64,000 bases of DNA. It comes from Piromyces finnis finn (lineage: Eukaryota; Fungi; Neocallimastigomycota). Positions 33,336 to 48,100 of the stretch are shown here, one piece after another (the stretch's first letter is position 1; each line of letters opens with the position of its first letter). Under the pieces are notes generated by a model that was not told the origin of the DNA, ran no database searches, and saw only the letters and a list, made by a program, of their open reading frames with translations. The position numbers and the translations under genes are program-made. The DNA is taken from NCBI GenBank assembly GCA_002104945.1, contig MCFH01000005.1, positions 248,001 to 312,000 of the forward strand. Reading direction: 5' to 3'.

Positions 33336-36300
33336 ATGTTCTCAGTGTTTTTGTAAGTTTACTACAGAAATATCTTTAATTTTGTAAATAACTCGGACAG
33401 TATCTATTTCTTTCAGCGATATAATTATTCATTTATTAAGAAAAACTAGATCTTTTGGCATCCATTATTTACTAATTATATAATATATATTTAATAATTT
33501 TAAAACCAATTCATTTACGCTTAATTTTATAAATTATAATTAAATGAATGATTGGAAATGATTGAATTGTTTGTTATTTTAACGCTCTTTTACGGCCTAT
33601 TTTCTTATTTTTAGGATTTTTAGAATTCATGGAGCAGTCTTTGGATTACAAAATTTCTAGATAATCAGGGGCAATTGGCAGCAAAAAAGTAAGTCCTACT
33701 TTATATAAAAGTATTTATTTTAAGATTTTTGGTCTACTTGTTTTTCTTATTTAACTTCATTACCTACAAATAAATTATATTTTTTCGTCTTTTAGCAGCT
33801 TTTTCTATTAGCAGATCCATCTTTTTACAGTAATACACTTTTTGTTTTACATTAAATAATACATTTTTCATTTTACATTTCATTTATATACATTTTCTTT
33901 CATAGTATATTCCTATAGTTAAATTATTTCATTAATATTAGTATTTTTTATATTTATAAAAGTATTAATTTATTTTATAATCAAAAATTACTTACTTTTT
34001 ATTTTTACTTAACTATATATTTTTTTTAAGTTTTTATTCTGAATAAAAATTCAGAAACTATATAGTTAACACTTTAAAGACACTCACACTCAAGTTTAGA
34101 AGATAAATTAACACACATTGTAAAACAATTATAAAAATTTGCCGAACTTCAAATATAATTAAATATTTTCATACATAATATTTTAAATTGCCAATAATTG
34201 AAAACAAATAATGATGTTTGAAACTTTTCTCTATTATTGATAGAAACGTCAATTAATTGCAAAAAAAAATATGAAATATTGAAAATATTTTATTCCCTAT
34301 TACTGAAAAATGCCACATAATTGAAAAAAAATAATGAAATCTTTGATCTATTTTATTCAATATTACTGATACAATGTCAATTAAACTGTAATAAATATTT
34401 ATAACTTGAGGATTTCTTCCTTTACTAAAATTACTAAGTTCATTATAGTACCCCTTCTACAGTGATATTATCCTTTTCATATTCTCCTTAATTTTTTTCT
34501 TAAATTACTCTTTTTTTTTTTTTATTGAAATATTTTTGTTTTTTTTTTTTTCTTATTATTATTTTATCATTTTATTATTTTTTTTTATTTTTCTCTTTTA
34601 TTATCATTTTTATTTTTTTATGAGAATAATTTATTATTAATATTATAAAAATATTATTTACTCAAAATAGAAGGAGTCTATAACTAAATTTATTCGCCAA
34701 ACACATTTCTATATATCCCATCTTTATTATTTATGTTTAAAACACCATTTTCACAGCATTACTTCAAATAAGATAATAACCTTCTTACAAATTAATTTTC
34801 TTCATTTTTATCTTATATATTATATATATTATTATCTTATATATTATTTCCTAAAAATAAGAAATTAAAACTACAAGGAATTCTTATGCTTTTATACTTT
34901 TTTTAAATTCTTCAAAATTAATTTATGATTTTTTATATTTAAGTTTTTAATTACAAAATAAAAATAGAATGACTATTATAAATAATTATAAATATCAATA
35001 AACTAATATATTAAAATATTAACCAATATATTAATAATTACTAATCATAAAAAACTTAAAAACTAATTTTATATAAAAGCTATCAAATGAATTGATAAGA
35101 TTCACATTAATTATATTATCATATATTACATATATTATTATATATTACTAGTATATTATAATTTATTATAGATCTTTCTACTATTGAGTAATAAATAATT
35201 GTATTTATTATAATTTTTTCTACGACAAATTTTAAAATTTAATATATATAAATATTAGTTAATTCATATGACTATTATTTACTTACTATCTCATTAATCA
35301 CATATATTATCTATATATAAATAATATATTAAGATAAATAATAATTATTGTGTTTTAGGTTTTAATATAGCTTGAAATTCCCACTGAATATATTATTAAT
35401 ATATATAAAATAAAAAATTAGAATATTCAATATAACACATTATCACATTATTAGCATGACTAAATGAATGACAATAATATGATAATATGTACTAAAACTT
35501 AAAAAAAAAATACAGAATACTATTAATCTATTAATATATTTTATATTTAAATATTTTTTAACATATCATTGAATATTATATATATAATTAAAAAAAGAAA
35601 AAAAGCTAAAAAACTATAGCTATTATTAATAATAAAATCATTAATAATTAATTTTATATAAAGGTTACAAATGACAAATGTTTGAATTTAATGTCTTTAC
35701 TAAATTTTATTCATGTGAGGATAATTAATATATATATATATAATATTTAATATATATTCATAAATTATTGGTTTTATAAAATATATGTGCCATCTTTAAA
35801 AAATGAAGTATTATTAAATAATTAAATAATAATTATTAATTGATTGATAATACAATAAAAAATCAACAACCAAAAAAAAAAAAAACTTTAAAAAAATTAG
35901 TTTTTAATATACACTGATAATTGATTTATACTACATTACCTTTTTTTTTTTTTCTAATTCAAATTTTAATTTTTCACTTTCAATTTCTATTATTATTTTA
36001 TAATATTACATATAATATATAATATGTTATAATGTAGTTAGAATAAAATTAATAATAATGAAATGTAATGTATTAAATTTATGTATGAAATAAATGTTTA
36101 TTAAAGTGTCAAGAAATAAAAATTTATTATATTATTTGAAATTTTATATATAAAAAAATAATAAAAATAAACATTTTAATTTTCTGTTGTTATGAATTTA
36201 TTAAAACACTTATAATTTAACATATATTTTTGATATTTATTTATTTTACAATAAATTTACTTTAAAATAAAAGAGTTAAAAGAATATATAATCCAAGTAA

Positions 36301-36353
36301 AAACTCTGGAGTACCACTAAACTATTAAACTAGTATTAAACTAGTCTGTTAAT

Positions 36354-36385
<32 letters not shown>

Positions 36386-37009
36386 GATATATTGAATTTT
36401 TATTTTTTCATTCAAAATTTAATATACTATTGATATTATTTATTTTAAGAATGTAATATAATAAGGAATTACGCTGAAATAATATATTCTAGATATTAAT
36501 AATTATGAGATGTATTTATATTAAATATTTATTATTTATTATTATTTTTATTATTATTATTTAAACAAAAGAATCATTTTATTATTATTAAATCTTTATT
36601 AAATACTAAGTATCTCAATAAAAAAATATTATTTTACTATATCTGAAGGGTGCTTTAAATTATTATTAATTATATTTTATATGCTTATTAAAATTATTAT
36701 TATCAATTTTTCATTAGCATAAACATTATGTGAATTGACCTTGAGTTTAGGCCAAAAGTCATATTTTCTATTCGTCACCTATCACTATTAACATATGATA
36801 ATTAATTCTTTTTATTTAAAATTTAATTATTGAAAAAAGTTTTAAAAATGCTAATTTCTATTACTATTATTTTCCGAAAAAGTATTTTTAATAATATTTA
36901 AGGTTCAAATTTTAAATTTTTTACACAATGATATATTATATTTTTTAATTTCCTTTTAATATTTTTTAAAGTTTTTATTTTAATTTGGTACTAATATTTT
37001 TTTCACATT

Positions 37010-39119
37010 ATGATATTTAATATAGTGAAATCCTTATTTATAATAACCCATTTAAGAAACGTCTGCTTTGGAAGAGTTAATAATGAGTTATATAATAATT
37101 ATTATTACTTAGATGATACAAAAAAAGCAATAAAAACTAATAAAGTTAATGGTGGTTTAACAATAAAAACTACAGTAACTAAAAGATGTCTTCCGTCTTG
37201 TGAAGATTATTTAGAATATACTCTCTATGAAAAAAAAACAAATTGTAATATGTGTAATAATTATTGCATAGATAAGAATAATCATATATATGGTATAAGT
37301 ATCGTAAATAAATGTCTAATAAATTTCCATGATATTCATTTATTTGAATTTAATAACAGCGATCAGAATAGAATGATAAATCTATACAACGATGAAATAA
37401 TTAATCCTTCAAATTTATGTATATATCAATGTGATGATCAATGCATACAAACTAGTGGATACGTTAAAATAGATAATCAATTGAGTAAAAATTCAATGTA
37501 CTATTATGTAAATCCTTACGAAAGTAAAATTATAAAGCCAACTAATATTACTGATATAACAGAATGTTCTTCTCATATTGGAGAATTAGTTAAGATTCAG
37601 AATAATGTTAATTATTATGAAATGTGTATTACTGATAATCTTTCCATTCCATTAGATTTTTATTATGGTGATATTATAACATCAGGAACAATGAGTTCAA
37701 AAAGTCCTTTTTTAAATAACAAAAATAATTCTAATGTTGTTATTACTTATGACTATAATTATATTATCGCTGAAACACATTTTAGTAAGAGTTATTTATG
37801 TTATATTATAAAAAAATATTCATTTATTCATTTATTAATTTATTTTATTATATTTTATTTTACTATTTATTAAAGATTTTTATAATGGATATTTATTAAT
37901 ATCAAGCAAAAATTATCTCCAATGTGATCAAGATGGATGTAATATTAAAACCAAATTTGTTGATTCATGTGATGATAAAAATAATACAGGAAAATTAGCA
38001 AAAATTGGGAAAGAAGGATTTGAAAAAATATATATATGTTCTAATCAATATGATGATAATAAAATTGAAATTCCTTTCGATAATTATTATAAAAATGATG
38101 ATTTAAATATGAAGTTATATGAAAGCTTTTATATTATAGAAAAAAATTTTCCTGGAACAATTGAAAATAGTAAAACATTTACAAGTATATGGTTTAATAA
38201 TATATATTGCAATATAGGTTTGTAATTAAAATAAGCAATTCATTTAAAATTATTTATCAATATAGTTATATAAGATTTTAAGGATATTTATTATAATAAA
38301 TAATTTTTATTCAATTTTTACAGGATTGAATTTAAATACAGAAATAGATGCAACAGGAAAAACATATATATCATCAATCATATATAAATGTTATATTAAT
38401 GAAGATAATATGTATATATGTGATGAAGAAAAAGCAATTCAAGGAGACTACTATTATGACCATAATACATATTTAATTTACAAAGTAGAATCAGAAAATA
38501 AAATGAAAGAAGAAAATTCATTAGATGGATTTTATGTCAACCAAAATGAATATTTTTTTTATAAAAATAATGAACCATGGTATAATATTGGTATTGATGA
38601 AATAGAAAAAGATTTTGATTGTAATGAAAATTCAGGTTACATATCATATATTATAATCCATTCCCAGTCCTTTGTCTTTTTAAATCAATTAAAATTGAAT
38701 TAAGTAATGAAAATTCAGGACAATACTTATTATATGTTCCAGTAACACATCCATATCCACAAGAAAATGATTCATACCGAGTTATAACTATTTCTCATAA
38801 TAAAGCAGTATTTAATATGCCAAATGAAGGTAATTTTATATAAATAAAGCTAATATATTATATATGGAAAAAAAATTAAATAAAAATTAATACATTTTTT
38901 ATATAAAAAAAATAAGCTGTTAGCTATTGTTTAGATAATAACTTTAAATTAACAGTTAAAGAAAATAGCTGCTATGGTAAAGAAACTAAATGTCAAGATG
39001 GGATTTGTACTAAACCAACAGATAGTATTGACATAATAAATAACGCATTAATATTACATATCTCACCATTCATTATTCTTATTTCAATATTGTTATCAAT
39101 AACAATATATTATATTTAA
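37010..39119 (+). CDS. Cysteine-rich secreted, C-terminally anchored protein, scaffoldin-like; about 580 aa. Exons 37010-37784, 37876-38217, 38324-38635, 38719-38829, 38917-39119
   Basis: Four GT-AG introns (all phase 1) join to 1743 nt with no internal stop. Hydrophobic N-terminus; motifs NGYLLISSKNYLQCDQDGC...CDDKNNTGKL, CSSHIGELV, DGFYVN; hydrophobic tail ISPFIILISILLSITIYYI*. The family assignment rests on remembered motif resemblance only. Confidence 0.65.
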
Positions 39120-39317
39120 CACAATGGCAATAATATTTTATTATTATAGAATAATATACAAAAAAAATAAAATATAAATACATTTTACCTAATTTATTAC
39201 TTTATAAAAAGTACATGAATAAATTTTTGATCTATTACAGATGCATATGCATAAATAAACATTAAAAAACAATAATACAAATTTTTATTAAATATAACTT
39301 TTTTTTGAAGAATTAAT

Positions 39318-39358
<41 letters not shown>

Positions 39359-40410
39359 GTACATAAATATACAATTATACAAAGTTTGTTATAAAATTCA
39401 ATTATTTAACTATTTATATATTTTTTTAATATACTTTATTTATTTTTATATATGATAGATTCTATTATTTATATTATTTATACTATTTTTAAAACTATTA
39501 TTTCTCCTATTATTTTGGAAAATTGCTTTTATCATATAAAATATATAATTTTATAAAAATATGACATATTAAAATAATAAGGGGTTCTTAACAATTTTCC
39601 CATTTTTAATAAATGATATATAGATACAAAGCATTAAAAAATATTGCTTATACCTAATTATTATTTATTTCTAACAATTCCTACATTTGTATAAAAAAGT
39701 TCCATATAAATATACCATATTTATTATTATTTAATTGCTTTACTAAGTATGAATTATATACATATATAGTATAATTAATTAATATAGTTATTTTATAATC
39801 CATATAGTAATTAAAATATTATTAGTTTCAATAACTTAAGTATAAAATGGAAGTACTATAGCCTAACTAAATGATAATCATTGAAAGTTCAATTTATTTA
39901 TCTCTTATAGTTATAAATTATTAAATTTACATCGAAAATATTTCAAGAAATATCCATTAAATTTATAGTTTACAAAATAAATACATTAATATTAAAATTC
40001 TAAATTTCTTTGACTAGAAATTTTAATTACTTTAAAAAATATTTTTATAACTGTAAACAGCTAAAAATAAATAATGAAATATAATTTTCAATGATATTAA
40101 TTTACTTTTTTTTTTAATAAACGATAATATAATGCATGTTCATATTTCATTTTTTGTTCATGTTTGATTTTTAATTTTTCTGTTCCTTTTTAAATAATTA
40201 TGCTAAATATCTAAATTATATATTTCCTAATTGTTAATATAAATATGTAGTAGGTCTAAAAGAAAAATGGCTTATGATAATTTTAAAAAATTTATATTTT
40301 CTATTTATAAAAATTATTCTATTTCAATTACAGATATTCTTTATATATATATAATACAAAATCATATATAGGAATTCTTTTTTTTTTTTTATTAAAAAGA
40401 TGTTTTGTTT

Positions 40411-40674
40411 AATGTATTTACATAATTAGTATTTAAAGATCTATTTATTCAAAACTAATTCTTCAGTGTCAACTATAAAAGATACTGATGAATTTTATAA
40501 TGTATTTACATAATTAGTATTTAAAGATCTATTTATTCAAAACTAATTCTTCAGTGTCAACTATAAAAGATACTGATGAATTTTATAATGTATTTACATA
40601 ATTAGTATTTAAAGATCTATTTATTCAAAACTAATTCTTCAGTGTCAACTATAAAAGATACTGATGAATTTTAC
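40411..40674. repeat. 88-bp tandem repeat, 3 near-identical copies
   Basis: The unit aatgtatttacataattag...gatactgatgaattttat starts at 40411, 40499 and 40587. Confidence 0.95.
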
Positions 40675-41627
40675 AATATTTCAGTATTAATATCAATTCA
40701 AAAATTAAAACCTAATATACAATATGAAATATAAAATTTTAAATAATGTAATTTTACTCTTCGTTTTTATTTATATAAATATGCAATATTTAATATTATT
40801 AATATTAACTATTATTTATCAACATTTTTAGTAGGTTTTTTACATATACTTTTATATAAATATAAAAACATCATTTTATCGCTAATAAATTTAAATTCTT
40901 ATTAAATGAGAATGAACATGTACTTATAATAATAGCTTCATATGGATTTTTTAATAAAAATTACATTTTATGATTATTAACAAATAGTAAAACATAATAG
41001 TATTTATTAACTTATTCTTGATTATTTTACAATTTTATAATTAACTGTTCTATCGATAATGTTACATCACCATAAAGTAATCTATTTTTACAAATGTTAT
41101 TTTTTATTATCAGCATTATTTATTATTACTTATTTTTCTAATAAATTTTTTATATTTAATTGAATTATTTGTTTTATTTAATTTTTTTTTTATCCTAGTG
41201 TTCTAACATTCTAAACAGGAACTCTAATAAATTTGATTCAATCATAAATAAAGTTGGTCTGTCTGTATCCTTAATATATGTAAACTTCTATCATATATGG
41301 CATAATCATATTCATTTTATTATTAATTATTAATTCTTTCTGAAAGTAGCAGCTTTATTATTTAATATAATATTCTAACGTGATGGCTTATAAAAAAAAT
41401 ATTCTTTATTTCTTACATAAATTTTATGATATGAGTACTTTTCAATTTTATATCATTGTTAATTAATATTGTATAGTATATATTATATATAATGATAAAA
41501 CTTTGATAACTAAGAAAATTTATATATAAGGATATATACTTTTTATAATTTTATGGTATGAATTTCTTTAAAGTTTAATGCTAATTACAAGATAAATGAT
41601 TATATTTTATTATAATTATAAAAATTA

Positions 41628-41728
41628 TTTTTTTTTTAAATTTAATAGATTCTTCTTAAAACAGTTAAAATCTTATATAATTTTTTTTTTAAATTTAATA
41701 GATTCTTCTTAAAACAGTTAAAATCTTA
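41628..41728. repeat. 53-bp tandem duplication
   Basis: tttttttttaaatttaatagattcttcttaaaacagttaaaatctta occurs twice. Confidence 0.85.
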
Positions 41729-42292
41729 AATAAAAAGATAAAAACATTATAATTTATATAATATTGATGTTTAATTTTATTAAATAATTCTAACCTTCTT
41801 ATTATATAAATATTTAACATAACCCTTAAATAATTTATAAAAAGTATAAGTATAAACACAAAAGCGTTGATTAGTTTTCGTATTATTTATTGATTAATAT
41901 TTTATTAATAATTAATATTAAATATAAATAAGCATATATTTATTTTTGAAGAATAATGTAAAAAGTTTGAACTTTTATTTATACTTAAAATGTTAGTATT
42001 AATAAATATAATGAAAATTTTTGGTAGTTTTTTAATAATTATTTATTGTAGTACAATATTTTTTATTATCAAAATCATTGGTTAAAAATGAATCGTTATA
42101 TTTTTAATTGAATGGTTAGATTATAAATAATAAAATATACTAAGATATTTATTAAAAAACTTTAATTTATAATATTTATAAAATATATTAAAATAAAAAA
42201 AGTTTTTAATGAGTTATTTTTAAGTAATTTATTTATATAAAAGATTTATATATTTTTATGTATAAATGTAAAAATAAATGTCTTAACATTCA

Positions 42293-42408
<116 letters not shown>

Positions 42409-45119
42409 TGTTCAATTAATAAATAATTTTTACAGAAATTTACATTATAAAATAAACATAAACATTTGGTAATTTAATATATCGTATATTAAAAAGGTTT
42501 TTTTTATTAAATAATTATAATAGTTAAAAAAGGCAATAAATAAATTAAATTACTAAGTATAAAATATAAACATTAATATTTATAAATTATTTATTATTAT
42601 TATTATTATTGATGCAATAAATGATATAATTTTAAATCTATTTTATTTTATTTTTTTCATATCAATTATTTTATATAGCTAGTTACATAAAGAAAAATAT
42701 TATTGATACAATAAATGATGTAATTTTAAATATATATTTTATTCTGGGTTGATTTTTAATAATATTATATAAATTCTTTATAAAAATTCCTACATTAAAA
42801 TTTAATATCTATTTTTTTATGGTTTAATTAAAGTAATTATGTTAAATATTAATTTTTTCCTTTTAATTCCAAATAAAGATAGTATAAAAAAGCCATAAAT
42901 TTAAATATAATTTATTTTTTAAGGGCTTAACTATTTTTATTAGTAATAAAAAAATTTATATTATTTATTAATAATTTATTTATTACAATTAATAATAAAA
43001 TAATAATAAGTTATAAAAAAGTTTTAATAAAAAAGATTTTATATTTGTAATGACTATTGACAAGCCATAAAAATTATTGATAACAGGTAAATTTTTTAAA
43101 TAATAGATAACTCAATTATTATTAATTAGTAATATTGTTATTTTTTTGTTCATTTAATTTTGTTTTATTTTACATATTTTACCTTTAAATATAATATTAT
43201 ATATAATAATTATATAATATAGAGTGGCGATAGAATTATTTATTATAAAATAAGATTATAGTTACACGAGGCCAAACATATTATAATTTATTATAATCAA
43301 TTTCATATTTAAACTTATAATATACTAAATATAAATTAAAATATATTTAAACTATATATTATTCCATTCATGTAATAAAAATTAATAAAAATAGTAAATT
43401 AATTGTAATTCATTATACATATATTAAATTATATTATAAACAAATAATTCGTATATAATTATAAAAACAATATATAATAAATAAAAGTTATATATTATAC
43501 CAATGTTATATATGTTTTTAATATATGCTTATTTAACTACTTTTTTATAAAAAAAATTATAATTTTTATTAATAATTAATATTATAATATTTTACATATC
43601 ATTAAATTTCGAATCAATTTTATAATATATTATGGATAAGCGAATAGTATTAAAATGTTAATGAACGAATAATATAAACGGATTAAATAAACAAATAATA
43701 TTAAAAGATATACTTTTGTTTAAATTTGAAATACTATTATTTAATTTAAGTTTACAAATAAAATTTATATAATAATTTTTATTTTTTTTTAATATTAACT
43801 TTTCCAAATTTTATTTATTAATAAAATGTCAATCATATATAAAAAATAAGAATTACTCAAAATTCCTTTTTTTTTCTTCTAGTATTCTTTGATTTAATTG
43901 TTTGTAAAGAAAGTTTTTTTGTTATTTTTTTTTTCCATTTTTATTTTAAAGGATAGGATTTTAGAGTTTTATAAAATTATATATGAATTATGTATTTTTA
44001 TAAAATTCTAATCTTTAAGTTATATTTTATTTTTTAGTTTATTTAATTTATTAATTAATTTAAAATATTTATTTTTAATTAATTAAATCTTATATATTTT
44101 AATTATTATTATAAAAAAATACTTAACATTTTTAGGATTAATAGGAAAGTCAATATTGAAAATAGATATATTTATTTATTTCAATGAATTGTAGATTACA
44201 CATATTACATATATAACAATATACAAACTTTAATTTATCAATATAGTATAAAATTAAATCTCACAATTTACAATTAAATCAAAAAATTATATTATTAGAA
44301 TAGTTTATTCAAACAATAATCGATAAAATATTTTTTTTTGACAATTAATTATTTATCAAGTTCAATTGTACAGATAAATCATTATAATAATAATATAGAT
44401 ATAGTTTTATTAATTAAATCTAGATATAGGATTTATTAACAAAGATACAGGGTTAGAAAATAATTTAAAATAAACTAGTTCTTTTTAATATTAGAAGGAA
44501 AAGCACCAAAATAAAATATATCAAAAATAATAACATAAAAATACTAATAAATATTTAGCAATAAATATTTATTTATAATATAGTAAAGATTCAAAAAAAA
44601 AAAAAAAAAACAAACAAATAGAGTATTATAATATTATAATAAATTATAATTTATAACATTTATAAATATTAAAAAATAGTATTAAAAAAGTGTAATTATA
44701 AGCTTATTATCAACAACTATTAATTAATAAGAAATAATATATACATTTTACTTTTTGCAGCACTTAAAATAATTAGAATATTAATTTTATTTTAATAAAA
44801 TATAAAAGGTTAAAATATAGATTTAACTTAATAGAAATAAAAACGCAATTATTAAAAACAATTATTATTATATAGAGAAAGTATAAAAGAAAATTAAGTT
44901 TTCTTTTATATTTTCAAGTTTAATTAATTAAAATAACGAAATATCAAATATTCATAAAGAGGCTGCGTTTATTAACAAAATTTGAAAAATTATAATTTTA
45001 ATAATTTAAGCAAGGCTTTCAAAACCATTCTTTACTATATTTAAACAAATAAAAATTTTATCAATCAATATTTAATTATAAAATAACTACATTTACATAA
45101 ATTATATATATACGTAAAA

Positions 45120-48100
45120 ATGGAAAATAATTATGATAAGTTAGAGAAAATATCTGCAGCGTCAGATACCTCAACAGTTTTATTAGATATTTCTAAATTA
45201 GAATTTAATTTGAAGAAACTTGAGGCCTTAGCAAATACTCCAGCATCTGATGATGAGAGTGATGTCGATTTTGAAATCAGTGATATTTCAGATGATGAAA
45301 ATATAGATCTTTTAAAAGACAATATTGTACCAAAAAGACCTGCAAAAAATTATCAAAATGATGAATATAAAACTAGAAGGTATTCTAGATTATTAGGGTA
45401 TGTAACCCCTTCTCCAGAACAAAATGAGGTCTTAGTTCAATCAAAAAGTATTTCAAGAGGTAAATTTATATACTCTTTATAATTATTATTATTGAAATTT
45501 GATATCATTTTATAAAAAATTTTGTAAAGTTATTACTTTTTTTTTTTTTTAAATAATATATATTATAAAGTTATAATTAAAAAAAAAGTATTTTAATTTT
45601 TAAATAAATATTGAAAATTGATTTTAATTTATTAATTAAAATATTCTTAGGAAATGAAAATAAGGCTCGTGGGGTCCATTTCGGTAATAATGAAAATGCA
45701 TTTAGTGAAATTTCAGCAAATCCAAGGGATATTAATGGAAATATTAATTCTAATTCAAAATCAAATCAACTTTTTAATAAGGAGAAATCATCTAATGAAG
45801 ATGTAAAACAGGAATTAGAAATTATGAAGCAAGAATGCATTAATAGGGAAAATGATCTTCAAAGATTAAAAGAAGAACTCGATACTCTAAAAAAAGATTA
45901 TATAATTAAAGATAATAAATTGAAAAAATTGGAAGTTGAAAAATCAAATTTACAATCAGATCTTGTTTTATATAAGGAAAAATCAAATACATTAGAAAGA
46001 AAATATAGTCATATATCTGATACAAGTTCTTTAAATGATGGTTCAAAAGGTGAGGTACTCACCATAAGAGATGAATTAAGAAATTTAGATAGCAAACTTA
46101 CTAAAGATATTCAACGTGCTCGTTATTTGGAAAGAGCTCGTGATCCAAATGCAAAAATATTTGCTGATCAACTTGAAAAATATCAAGCCAAATTTAGGGA
46201 ATTAAAGAAGGTAAATGATGAAGAAAAAAATAAATCAAGAGAATATAAAACAAGGTTTATTGAAATTAAGAAGCTAATTAATCAATTAGAAGAAAAACAA
46301 AAAAATGATAAAAAAGCTTATAAACTTTTAAAACAATCAAGCGAAGAAGAAATTACTAACTATAAAACACTACTTCAAACCGAACAAGAAAGATCAAAAG
46401 AATTAGAAGCTAAATTAAAAGAATTAAAGAATACTCAGACTATCTATGAAATTGAAAAGATCAAAGAAATTGAAAGATTAACAGTTCAAATAAAGCAAAT
46501 TGAAATCAAATCAAAAGAATATATTTCTTTAATTCAGAACGAAAAAGAAAAGGTCAATAAGTTAGAAGAACAATTGAAAAAGAAGGAAGAAAAATCAAGA
46601 AATAATGATAATGAGGAAATTGAAAAATTGAGAATAGAAATTAAGGAAACAAAATTAAAGGTAGTTGAATATGAAAAATTAATTTTGATTGAACGTGCTA
46701 AATCGAAACAGTTACTTATTCAGTTAAATGAACAAGAAGAACAAACAAAAATTTATAAAATAACAAAACAAACAGAAATTAAAAAGTTAATAACTCAAAT
46801 CAATACTATTACTGTAATATCAAAACAGTATGAAGAGAAAATAAAACATGAACAAAACAAAACAGAGGAACTTGAAAAACAAGTGAAACAATATGAAGAA
46901 AAGTCTAGAGATGTTGAAGTTGTAAAGAACAATGAAATTGAAGATTTAAAGAAGCAAATATCAATAATTCAATCCAAAATATTGGAGTATGAAATTATAA
47001 TTGAGAATGAAAAATTAAGATATAATGATTTAGAAGAAAGATCAAAAGGAATAGAATTAAGAAAGGATAAGGAAATTGAGAAACTTACTAAAGAAACTGG
47101 CTCATTAAAAATTCAATTAAATTCTAAAGAAATGAAATCTAAAGAAATTGAAAATAAGAAACAAAGTGAAATTGAAAACTTATTAGTACGCATTAACAGT
47201 ATTGAAAAAATGGCACAAGAAGAAAAGGAAAAAGCAAAAGCTTTTGAAAAGCAATTAAATGAAACAGAAATTAGATCTAAAAATATTGAAAAAGAAAAAG
47301 AAGAAGTAATAAAAGAATTAAATGGTCAAATTACGGAATCGAAGATAAAAATTGAAGAATATATTATTTTAATTGAAAATGAAAAGGAAAATGTAAAAAA
47401 TATAGAAGAAAAGCTTAATCAAAGAGATGAACATGCAAGAAATTTGGAAACTGAAAAGCAACATGAGATTCAAAAATTAAATGATCAAATTATCGAAGCT
47501 AGAATTAAAACTAATGAGTATCAAAACATAATAGATCAAGAAAGAAAGAAATATAATGATTTAGTTCAAATATTAAATGAAAAGGAAGTTAATAATAAGA
47601 ACAATGAAGTTTTGAAACAAAATGAAATTGAAAAATTGCTAATTCAAATTAGTGAAATTGAACGCATTAATCAACAAGAAAAGAAAAGAGCTACCCTTTT
47701 GCAAAATCAATTAATAGAACGAGAAGAACAATTAAAAGCAAAGGAAGAACAAACTAAGGTTTTTGAAAAAGAAAAGGAAATTGAAATTGAAAAATTGGTT
47801 GAAAAAATAACAATAATTGAAGAAATGATGAGGGCTGAAAAAGAAAAAGCAATTGAATTAGAGAAACTACTAGCTGAGAATGAAGAAAAAACTAGAAATC
47901 TTGAAGTTGAAAAGCAAAATAATATTAAGTCTTTACTTCCAGTAATTGTTCAAAGAATTGTTCAAAACGAAAAAGAAAAGAAAGATTTTATTGATAGTCA
48001 AATGAATGAAAGAGAGAGAATAAGAAAGGTGGAATCAGAAAGGCAACATGAAATTGAAAATTTGAAACTTCAGATTGAACAGGCAAATGCTAAAGCTAAA

